In this document: positions 24,939 to 36,372 of the stretch, in pieces
Position numbering within the stretch: position 1 is the first letter of the stretch
How the letters are laid out: each line of letters begins with the position of its first letter
From: the human T2T-CHM13v2.0 reference genome, Homo sapiens
NCBI RefSeq assembly: GCF_009914755.1
Contig: NC_060932.1
Direction: 5' to 3' (one strand)
DNA length: 64,000 nt
The notes under the pieces: generated by a model
Database searches by the model: none
What the model saw: the letters and a program-made list of their open reading frames with translations, nothing else
What the model was told of the DNA's origin: nothing
Made by a program: the position numbers and the translations under genes

Positions 24939-25196
24939 CTTGAGGGAGTTGAGAAAGTGTGTTGGCTCTCTTCCACTCTTCTACCAGGTGAGGAACAGCG
25001 TTTATCCCTCCTGAAGGATGCAGAATTCAAGGTACCATGTTGGAAATGGAGACCAGGTCCTTAGCAGATACCAACCCTACTGGTTCCTTGATTTTGGACT
25101 TCTCAGCTTCCAGAACTGTGAGAACTGAATTTCTTTTCTTTACAAATTACCTATTCTCAGGAATTCTGTTATAGCAGCAGAAAATGGACTCAGAGA
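24939..25196 (+). mobile_element. MSTD-like LTR, 3' half
   Basis: CTTGAGGGAG...GGATGCAGAATTCAAGG...CCAGAACTGTGAGAA...GTTATAGCAGCAGAAAATGGACT. Confidence 0.85.
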
Positions 25197-26885
25197 GTTT
25201 GAACAATCTCCTTTTACCCCTTAAGGGGCAAAGAGACCCCAGCTAAATCTAGGTCTAGAATTTTATTTTCTCATTTGATCATGTAATAAATAGAAATAAT
25301 TGTCCTATCTTCCAAAGGAAAAGGCCCAGAGGGTCTTTTATTTCCCTAAGTCCCATACCTAATAAGTAACAATCCAGAATTTGAATTCAAGTCTTCAGCT
25401 GCAATTTTTAAAAATGTTTTGTTTAGAAATTTTTATAGACTTACAGGAAGTTGCAAAAACAGTGCAGAGAGGTCCAGTGAACGCTTTATCCAGCTTCCCC
25501 AATTTTGGGGAATTCTTCTGCAATTTAATATTCTTCCCTTCACCCACTGAATTTAGGGATGAAGAGCTGAGCTGCAAAGATGAGTTTTGTGCTACAGCAG
25601 CCTTTTTAGGTTTACAGATCATCAGGCCCTGGGTCTCTAGCTGAGAATCAGAAAGTAAACAGACAAAGAGTTCAGCCTAAAGAAGTTCAAGTCCCAGAGC
25701 AGTGGATCTCAACCCTAGCTGCACATAATCATTATCTGGAGAGCTGTTTAAAATACAGGTTCCAATATAATCAATTAGTTCTGGGAATTAGGCTTCCATG
25801 TTTTCTGAAGCTCCTTAGGAGTTTCTAACAGGCAGATAGGGTTGAGCTGTGCCATTGGTACTAATAGGCTCTAAAGTGAGCCCACCCTCTCATCAGAGCA
25901 TGGTGTCAAGCGACTCTCCTTCCTAAGATCCCATCGCTGACACCAAGATACCTATAAGAGGATCCTGTGAGTGGAGAGGCTCCTGGGGTAACCTGGCAGG
26001 GAAATTTGTCTATTGTGTTTACTGAAAGGCATTGTAGTACTGCCACTCAGAGCTGTGCTTCCCTTTCTGAAACAGTCAAGCAGTTCCGGGCACATCAAAG
26101 GAGATTATCATTCCTCTGGCACCGGCTTTGTTTTTCGCTGCCTCTAAAAGAAACAGGTCCACTTATCTCCAGAATGCTTTCCCAGAAAGCTCAGTCCCTG
26201 CTGGGTGAGGTCACCGGTCCACAATTTGCGTCCATCACACCTTGTAGGAAGTGAGGAGAAACTGACTTGCTTTGTTTTCCAGCACCGGGGAAACAGATTT
26301 CTTCTTAAGCTTCACACAATAAATTGTATTAAATCCTTTCAGCAGGGTTTCCATGGCTATGTGAAAGGAAAATCATACAGTAATTGTTTTAAATAATACA
26401 GCAAGGCAAGCTGGAGAGTACATCTTAATTTTTGTCATCTGTGCTGTGTTCCTGTTTGTACGGAAATGTTCCCGAGGCAGAGGAAAGGTTTCTGCATTCA
26501 CTGGGAGTTGCTTGGTGAATGTAATGCAAGGTCAAATACAAACCAAAATAAACAGACTTACTGAATCCCTCAGCTTCCTCCTGTCCATGTGAGCCCCAGG
26601 GCTTGTCTGCTTACTTTAAGTGGGAATTAGGATGGCATTTATCTCTTTGCTGCTTGGGCACTAAAACTGAGCCTTCGACTGCATAAGCCTGATTCCTGCT
26701 TCTCCCTCAGTCCTCCATAAGGAGACAGAGTTAGACGTCTGCCCTAGACAAAGGCGATGCCTGAGAGGAACCTTGAGTATAAATTTGTCCCCCAGCTGCC
26801 TGGTACCTGGGGAATTCTGCAGGGTTAGGTCTTTCCACCAGTGTTAGCGCAGTCATTTACAACAAAACATCACGCATAACAGTCA

Positions 26886-27263
<378 letters not shown>

Positions 27264-28499
27264 TCATCAGTAAAACGAGGACGGTGAAACCTATACACCC
27301 AGAGATTCTGGCTCTCAAATCAGGTAAAGGATATAAAGTGCCTATCCTAGTATCTGACAAAGCATCAGGGCTCAATAAATAGTAATAGTGTTTTGTTACC
27401 ATTATCATTATTAGTATTTGGTTGTAGAAGAGACTGCCTCTCTCATAATAAGGTGAACCAGAGGGTTGTTGCCTGCCTGGGTGGTATCCAGATTAAATTC
27501 AACAACTGCCACTGAGCCCCTTCCAGATGTCACAGAGCTGGCTAGTGTTGGGAAATTGGCAAAAGTCTGCTTCCTCCCCTGAAGGAGCTCTCAGTCTAGA
27601 ACTAGGACCCTCACCAACTGATGCTGATGAACATTACACTCAGATTGTACTTGACCATGGCTGGCCCATGTTGTGCGATTACTCCAGGGAGAAAGCAGTT
27701 CCTAACTTAGTCCTAAACAATCAATTGGATAAGGAAATAGAGAGCTCTATACTGTCACTGACAGAAAATGTCATGTTGGGTCCCAATCCTCTGTAGGCAA
27801 TTCAGCTTCTAAAGCAGGATACAAGTAAATTCCCTCAGCCAAGCCCCAAAGAGAGTCAGGGCAGACTGCACCCCAGGGCCTAGTCCTTTGACCACAATGA
27901 TGCTGATGAGAACCTCATGTGGCCGGGAATGGGGAGGTGGAGGAAAGAGAAGATAGGAGTCGAGGAGGCAGAGCCTCACCAAGCAAGTATGAGATCACTT
28001 GGCAGACAAACCAACATTGGAAGGAAAAGGACATTGGCCCTAGTCACAGTCTGCCATTTTGAACTCTGGAAGTTTATTTTAGCTTTTTTTTTTTTTTTTT
28101 TAACGTTTTACAGCATGGACAATAAAAAGTAAGAGAACACATTAAGAAGATTCGCCCACACAGAAGTCATCTGTGGAGCCAAAACCAAGACATAGTTGAG
28201 ATGTTTTGCTTTAATCTGTGCCTGTGAGAGACACTTGCTCTGCAGGCCCCATGGGAGTTGTGGAACAGACTCACCAGATTCCAGGGCTGCCTGAGAGTGT
28301 GCCAGTCTATGGCCCCTAGATGCCAGTGTGGCCCTGTCCTTCGGTGCCTCTGGTCGGTGGCTTTTGCCTACAGTTCACTAGGTCAATCCCAAGCCTATCC
28401 CTTTTTCCAGATGCAGCTCATGACTCACTCGCTTCCCTGTTTAGAACTTTTTCCCAAGGTGGAGTAGGTTGATGCCAGAGTTGGAGCCCCTCCTCTGCA

Positions 28500-28720
28500 C
28501 TCCCATGTCGCCCTCTACTATGGTACTTACCCCCTAGCCATACTTCCTGTTTACCTGTCTGTCTCCCCTGCTGGTTCATGAGCCCCTCATGATCACAGGG
28601 GAGGAACCGTCTCTTAAGTGTCGTGCGTCCCCAGAGCATAGCACAGGGCCTGGTGCATAGAGGCATGCAATAAATGGTTGTTGAATGAGTGAATGCCTAT
28701 ATAAATAAATGAATGGGTGA
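28500..28720 (+). mobile_element. L2 3' end
   Basis: CCCAGAGCATAGCACAGGGCCTGGTGCATAGAGGCATGCAATAAATGGTTGTTGAATGAGTGAATG. Confidence 0.8.
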
Positions 28721-29304
28721 CAAAGCTCACTGAGCACATCAGTATGGTGATGTGCTGAACATCAAGACATTCCTTTAAACCTCTCAGCTGGGGTCTAGCC
28801 TCTTTAAGTTTGCCCTCACCCCATGTGGAATTCCAGCACCCACTCACCAATCCACATGCACATACAGTGGACAGCAGCAGCATCTTAGGCCTCCAGGGGG
28901 CTTCAGAGCCCCTGCTCCTTCTCTCTAGGCTAGTGCCTCTGGTCTCACTGTAACAAGGGCTGGGTCTGCTCACCTGCTCACTATGACCTTAGTGAGCTAG
29001 GCCTGCTCAGCGCATGTGGAGGTGGTACGTGCCGTCTATGGAACATAACAGCCCCATTTTAAAAGGCCAAGTGTTTCTATTTCTTTTGAGCCCAGGATTT
29101 TTTCAGAACATTTCCCCCATGAATCAAAATCCCCTATAGTCCATTATAGAAAAATGGACAGCAAATACAAAGATGCTAATGACCTAACCTTACTCTCAGG
29201 TCCTTAGTAAAATGACCAGATTCTTAAATTAATTCTTCCCACATGGCCACAAGCATCTCATCTACCTTTCAACAAAAGCAGATGACTCACACTGGTTTAC
29301 TAAC

Positions 29305-29530
29305 CATAGTAACTACCTACTGACCCACTTTCTGTCACTATATTGTCGCTTTTCATACATTCTCTCTTTTAATTCCCATAACAAACCCATTAGGTGGGTT
29401 CTGTTTTGATTCCCATTTTATAGATGAGGAAAATGAAGCTCAGATATTTTAGGTGACTTGCCCACAATCACATAGTTGATAAATGATGAACTTGAGATTT
29501 GAAACCATGACTGTTGACCTCTAAGATTTA
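29305..29530 (-). mobile_element. MIR SINE
   Basis: CCCATTTTATAGATGAGGAAAATGAAGCTCAGA...GTGACTTGCCCACAATCACA. Confidence 0.8.
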
Positions 29531-29534
29531 ACCT

Positions 29535-31975
29535 TATCTGGTTATCTCTTGTTACATAACAAACCATCATCAAAATTTAATGGCTTAAAACAATTTACTA
29601 TGATCTCTCATGGTTCTGTGGATTGACTGGGTCAGGTGGGAAGTTTTCACCTATAGTCTCTCACGCAGATGCAGTCAGATGGCAGCTGGGGCTGCAGTCA
29701 CCTGAAAGCTGAACTGGGCTGGATGTCCGAGATGACAAATCATATGGCCACCAGTCAATGTTCACTGAGGACTGGGAGTTCTTCTGGGGCTACTGATTGA
29801 GCATTTATATGTAGTCTGTGTGGTTTGTGCTTCTCACAGAATTTAGAATCCACAGGATAGTGGGATTCTAAAAAGGAGTATTCTAAGAGAAAACTTTTCA
29901 AGAGATCCAGGCAGGAACTGCAAGGCTTCTAATGCCCTAGTCTCACAAGTCCCAAACTTCACTTCCTGTGTATTCTATTGGTCAAGCAATTCCGCAGGGC
30001 CAGCTTGGATTCAAGAGGAGGGAGATAAGACAATAACTCTTAATAGGAAGAGGGTCAAAGAATTTGCAGTCATCTTTGTCACTGTCTGCTCTCTGATTGC
30101 ATATTATTTACATTCCTCCCACATGGTAAATACACGTGTCTCCTCCTAAGACCCAAAAGTCTCATCCCATTATGGCATCCACTCAAGCTTGAGGTCCAGG
30201 ATTTTATCATCTAAGTCAGATCTTGATGCAGATGAGCCTCCTTGGGGTATAGTTCCCTGAGTACAGCTCTGTCAATCTGAAGACCTGTTAGATGAAGAGA
30301 CAAGTTATCTGTCCCACACACATAAATACAGTGGTGATACAGAGATAGGATAACTTCACTAAAGCTTTCATTCGAAAGGGAAAGAAACTGGAGGCACATC
30401 GCAGTCACTGATCCATAGCAATTCTAAACTGCTGCCAGGTGCATGTTGCCAGATCCTTGATTAGTGAGTTCCCAGTTGTGCCTCCCTGGGAATGATTGTA
30501 GCTCTTGGCTCCCCACTCCTAGTGGGATTTTGATTCTGCTCTCTGAATCATTCTTCCTTTTCCATAAGAAATGGCCATGTTTGCAGCTTAGTAGCCTTCT
30601 TGTCCTACTTCCTACCCATATAAGGCTCTCTGCAGTTTGAACTGTCTCTTTCCTGTTTAGTTCAGGCTGATGGTGCTTTCGCATGTACAATTCTCTTAAA
30701 TTTTTTGTAAGTTTCCTAAAGACTGTTTCAGGTTCACTCCATTAGTCAAATACATACCTACAAATCTCTTTAAGGTATGCCACTTTCTGCCTTGGGCTGA
30801 CAGTTAGGTGCTATGGAACAATGCCCTTCAGAATTCTTCAAAGTCTGTGAAGTAGACTTTCGCCTCTCCGTGTGGCCTGGGCTTCTTACAGTATGTCACC
30901 TTAAAGGTTTCTAAAATCTTAGCAAGCGTCTTAGAGCCATATCTCTGAGATGATCATTACCTTATACCATGTCTTACTTTGAGAACTTTTTTTCCAACTG
31001 GAGAGGCTTGGAATGGAAAACAGCTTTATTTCTAAACCCAGCAAGTCTGGCTTCTTATATTCCATCTAAGTTTTGCTTGAAACCGAATAGTTCATTATGG
31101 AAGAGGGGAGTTCACTTCCCTATATTCATACTTTACCATACTTGCCTAAGAGAAACCATTAGGCATGTTTAGCATTCTGCCTGGAAGTCTCCTTAGCCAA
31201 ATCTGCCATTTCCTAGATATATTTTCTGTTTTTCACATTACCAAAAGCAACAGTATACCAAATTATCCATCATTACAAAACAAAGGATGCCTTTTTCCAA
31301 CTTCCAATAACAATGTCCTCATTTTCCCTCTAGTTCTCAGTAATAGTTTCCTCAGGGACCTCACAGCTTCTTCCTGCTGCTTGGTCCCCAAAGCCAACAT
31401 CCCACATTTTAAGTTTTCATTATGGCAGCACTCCAGGTACCAAATTCTGTTCTAAGTATCCACAGTTCCACAGAATGCCACCCAAAACATAATTGTTTAA
31501 AACTGCAATTTATTATTTATCATGGTTTTATGGGTTGACTTCATTCAGCTGGGTGATTCTTATCTGGGCTTTCTCCTACAGTTGCAGTCAGATGTTAGCT
31601 GGGGCTGCACTCAGCTGAAGGCTTGATTGGGATCCGTGTCTATATGGCACACTCAGATAGCTGGCAGCTGATACTGGCTGTGGGAGGGAAGCTCAGTTGG
31701 AGCACCTACTTATGGCCTCTCCATGTGGCCTGGGCTTCTTACAGTATGCCACCTGGTTCCAAGATGGACCATTCTGAGAGTGAACGTTCCAGGAGACCCA
31801 GGCAGAAACTACAACACTTCCTCTGACCTAAACACAGAAGTCCCAGAACATCATTTTCACTGTATTTTATTAGTCAAGCAAGTCACTATGGCCAGCTTAG
31901 ATTCAAAAAGGGAGGAATTAAGGAAAGAAGAAGACATAGAGACTTGTCTCTCATTAAGAATCCATCTCTTAATGA
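29535..31975 (-). mobile_element. MLT1H-type MaLR provirus: LTR (~29535-30085), internal region (~30085-31447), LTR (~31448-31975)
   Basis: Two homologous diverged LTRs (both contain GCAGTCAGATG..AGCTGGGGCTGCA and CCAGGCAG.AACT.CAA..CTTC). The MaLR internal 5' junction GAATTTGGTACCTGGAGTG is on the minus strand at about 31429-31447. Confidence 0.8.
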
Positions 31976-33546
31976 GAAGCAAGCCTGTGTCCTCTCCTTT
32001 CATACTATTCTATACAAATTATGGGTCAGCTCTGCATATCTGGTAACTCATTCCTTTAAATATTGATGCTGATTCTGCTCCCAAGGCCATCTTGTCTCTT
32101 ACCATAAAAAAATACACATATCCTACTAATATATAGACTCAATTTGACATTCTTCTGAGCTTTATATTTGTAAAATATGTTAACTTTTAGTAACTTTAGG
32201 ACATATGAAAGCTAAAATTGACAATGGCTCTGTCAAACAGCCATCCATGGAGAACCTAGATCAAGAATATTGCCTCTCAATCCCCAGAGCTCTCTCACTC
32301 CACTTGATGGGGCCCCACGGGGCCAGGTACTGAGGGGACTCCCCTCTCTGTATCCCACCCAACACTAGTTTCCCCCTGTGCCCTGGGGGAGCCCTAAACT
32401 GGGCACTGGCTCATTCTCACAAATATTTTAAGGGGGAGTGGAAAGGGAGGGGGTCATAGCTGTTTTGTTTAACTGGAACTAGAACAGGGATCATGTCCTA
32501 TTTTAGGACAGAAAGGGGGAAAGATATCAGGATCTCACTTATGCACTGGCCACCACCACTGTCACTCATCACTTTGAGTGTACGTCCCTCAAGAGTCTGT
32601 ATAAATTCAAGTCAGAGCTGCAGCTACACAGCCATCCAGTGTCATAGAAAAGCAATTCATGGATGACTGATCTCTCCATTCGGAAGGATGCAGTCTTCAC
32701 ATACAATGATGAGAAACTGTTATTTTATAATCTTTTTATTAAAAGCTTGGCTGAAAACCAAAAAAAAAAAAAAAAAGAAAGAAATATTGCCTCTCTTTAG
32801 GCAATTTATTCATGAGCAATTAGCTGCCTGAAACAAAGAAGAAAACACCCGAATCAAACATCCTTATAACCTTCAATTAATTACCACTGCTAAGTGGCAG
32901 ACCAAAGTGTAAGTCTATGTCCAATTACACACCTTATGGGCCATTGCTTTTGTTGGTGTAATAAGCCTTCAGCCCCCTTTTGCTATCTTCATCCTTCAGA
33001 ATGGCTATCTGATGTGGGTAAAAGTGAGTGGTCATTCTCCACTTGTGCTTCCTCTACCTCTGTCAACAAGCATGACACGGGGAGGAGGCTGTTAGGCAAG
33101 AGGGGAGGAGGAATGGAATGCAGCAAGGGCCTCTGCAATTTTATAACTATGACAAAGAATATACGCTCTCTTGCTCAAATGACCATTTGGCAGTATCTCT
33201 CACCTTGCCGAGAGCCAGTATAGCTTGGAGAGAATGGGCACAAGCTCTGGAGTCAGGGAGCTCGTATCTGGTTCCTGGCCCTTCCATTTAATGTGCAACA
33301 ATGGACAAGTTATTAACCCTCTTTGTGCCTTATTTCCTCAGTTCTCAATACTCGTCCTGCTTCTCCTGTTAGTCACATGTAATTACCTGATCACTCCCTC
33401 CTTTTGAAAACACCCAGAGTGACCGAAGGGTCAGGGAGAGCTGACTTAACACTGGGCAATCAGGTGAGCACATCTGAGGAGGTGGCATTTAACCTGAGCC
33501 TTGAATGACAAGAAGAACCCAGCAGGCTTGTAACAGTCATGGCAGG

Positions 33547-33992
33547 TGTATTAGTTTCCTGCAGCTGCTGTAACAAATTACCACAAATTGGGCAGCTTAA
33601 AACAACAGAAATGTATTCTCTCCTAGATCTGGAAGCCAGAAATCTGAAATCAAGGTGACAAGGCTGCCCTCCCTCCAAAGGCTCCAGGGGAGAACCCGTT
33701 CCTTGCCTCTGCTGGTGGCTCAGAAATTCTTTGACTGTGACCACATCTCTCCAGTCTCTACCTCTGTGGTCACATTGCCTCCTCCTCTTCTCTGTGTGTC
33801 TTCTTCTCTGTGTGTCTGTCCTACAAGGTTGCTTGTGATTGCATTTAGAGCTACCTGAATAATCCAGGATAAGTGCCTCTTGTCAAGATTCTTATTTTAA
33901 TCACATATTTTTGCTATGTAGGGTAATATTCACAGGTTCCAGGGATTTGTAGGTGGACATATATTTTTGGGGCCACCATTCAACCCGCTGCA
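33547..33992 (-). mobile_element. MLT1C-like solo LTR inserted in L2
   Basis: TGTATTAGTTTCCTG...GCTGTAACAAATTACCACAAA ... CCACCATTCAACCCGCTGCA. Confidence 0.85.
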
Positions 33993-34112
33993 GTGTGGTC
34001 AAAAAATAAAAAGAAAATCAGACTGGATGGGGACTTTTCAGCCTAGTAAGGGGTTTAGTTTTACTAGCAATGAGAAGCCATTAGAGATCTCAGGCAGAGT
34101 TTATACTGAGAT

Positions 34113-34440
34113 GTGTGTGTGTGTGTTTGTGTGTGTGTATGTATGTGTGTGTGTGTGGTTTTTTTTTTTTTTTTTAGAGGCAGTATCTTGCTCTGTAACC
34201 CAGGCTGGAGCACAGTGGTGCAATCCTAGCTCACTGTAACCTTGAACCCCTGGGTTCAAGCAATCCTCCTGTACCTGAAACTACAAGCACACACCACTGA
34301 TAGCTAATTTTTACATTTTTAATAGAGTCGGGGTCTTGATATGTTGTCCTGGCTGGTCTCAAACTGCTGGCCTCAAGTGATCCTCCTGCCTTGGTGTCTC
34401 AAAGTCCTGGGATAACAGGCGTGAACCACTGTGCCCATCC
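34113..34440 (-). mobile_element. AluJ (internally deleted) whose tail has become a (TG)n microsatellite; TSD TATACTGAGAT
   Basis: TSD at 34102-34112 and 34441-34451; AluJ-type CTGGCCTCAAGTGATCCTCCTGCC. Confidence 0.88.
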
Positions 34441-34971
34441 TATACTGAGATATGTCTTATGATGATCACTGATCACTCTTGCTGCTTTGTGAAGAATGGA
34501 TTTGGAGGGAGAGTAGAAGTAGAAAGACCAGTTCAGAGGCCATTGCCAATCTGAAAACTTGAGTAGGGGGCAGATCTGATATTATCCATGTAGATTACAG
34601 GCAAATAATCCTTCATCAAAGCCTGTAACACAATATTGCTCATAAGAACAATTTTTTTGATAAGGCAACTTCTCATTCTAAATCCTACAAAATAGGACTA
34701 TGTCCTGGCCCCACTTTATTTTACCTTTAACCCAAATAATTTACTTCTGCTATTAACTAAAATGAACTCATGCTCTGTTTTCCACAGCATTTGGGGACTT
34801 CCTCCATTATACCAATGACATGGTTTTAGAGTGAGGAACTCAGAGCAGCCTTGAGAAGAAGCTAAAACATTTGGTAACAACAATCAGAAAGAACAATGTC
34901 AGGTCTGCCATACAAAAGTGAAAATATTTGCAGTGGGGAGCAAGTGGGTAAGTAATAGACTGAATACTTCC

Positions 34972-35340
34972 TGTCTTAGGCTGATCAGGTGCCATAACAA
35001 AGTACTGTAGACTGGGTGACTTATCAACAACATAAATGTATTTTTTACAGTTTTAGAGGCTGGAGGTCTGAGATAGATCAGGGTGCCAACATGGTTGGGC
35101 TCTGATGAGGGCCTTCTTCTGGGTTGCAGATGGCTGTCTTCTTTTTGTATTCTCACATGGAGGAAAGAGAGCAAGCTAGTTCCCTGGACTCTTCTTATAA
35201 GGGCATTAATCTCATTCCTGAGGGCTCCATCCTCAAGACTTAATTACCTCCCAAAGGTTCCACCTCCTAATATAATCATATTTGGATTAGGGGTTTCAAT
35301 ATATGAATTTTGGGGGAACACAAATAGTCAGTCCATTGCA
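34972..35340 (-). mobile_element. MLT1A0-like solo LTR
   Basis: TGTCTTAG...GCCATAACAAAGTAC ... TTACCTCCCAAAGG...CAGTCCATTGCA. Confidence 0.85.
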
Positions 35341-35749
35341 CCCCGGCCATGCCCCGCAGGCCTTTCTTTCACGACATGAAGATTTCCTTACAACCAACTC
35401 AGTTGATGGGTCCATTAGCTTACAGGATGTGTTCAGAAACAGACTTTCTGCAGAGATGAGACTAAGCATTTTTGTGATTAAAAAGAAGCAGTGCTTTTAT
35501 TAATGTTGCTTTTCAGGCCACAGTTGTCTCTTTCATGCATACAGCAGAGATCTCTGAGGTCTTAACCAAGTACATGCATCTCATGTGATTAAACTAGCCA
35601 TTAAAATAGAACATTGGTTCTATTTCAAAAACAGATGTTGGCTCTACCAGCAGTTATCCCTGCAGCCACCCTCTGGTTTTGCCTTGCCTTACAGGGAAAG
35701 GGAAGAGAGGACCAACATTTATTGCCACCCACTTTGAGGGGTCTCACTT

Positions 35750-36372
35750 TGTGGCAGAGACTTCTGATTGTCCTTCAGTGGTCACCCTTCCTCCCTGTGC
35801 CCCTTCACCCTCGATTAGTAATAGGATCCTTGACTGTTAACTAGTTAGTGTTGCCAGATAAAATATAGGACATCCAGTTAAATTTGAATCCCAAATGAAC
35901 AATGAAAAAAAAATGTATGTTTCAAATATTGCATGAGACATACTTATGCTCAAAAAATTATTCATTATTTATCTTAAAATTCTGATTTAACTGGGTGTCC
36001 CATATTTAACTGGGTTGTACTGAACAAAGATGATGTTTCTCACCTTTCCCTGAGGCTAAGTGAGACCTTGTGACAAAATTCTGGCCAAAGGGATGTAAAT
36101 AAAAGTGTTCTTAAAAGAAAATAACGTGCCCTCTCCCTTTCTTCTTCCTGCCTGTGTGCTGGGATGTGAAGGTAATCCGGGAACTCCAGCAGCCATTTTG
36201 GACCATGAAGTGATCTTGGGAATGGAAGCCATTCGTGGTACAACAAGAAGCTAGAAGGAGTCTGGTCCCTGGTCTAGAAGATGAGTGAAAAATATACTTC
36301 TACCTTATTGAAGTCACTGTTATTTTGTTTTTTCCTGCTACTTGCAGCTGAAGCTAATAGTACCTACTACAC
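35750..36372 (+). mobile_element. MLT1I/J-like LTR interrupted by MER53
   Basis: TGTGGCAGAGA start, TTCTGGCCAAAGGGATGTAA, CAGCAGCCATTTTGGACCATGA, TTGCAGCTGAA near the end. Confidence 0.65.
35846..36010. mobile_element. MER53 palindromic hAT MITE
   Basis: GTTGCCAGATAAAATATAGGACATCCAGTTAAATTTGAAT ... GACATACTTAT ... ATTTAACTGGGTGTCC. Confidence 0.85.
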
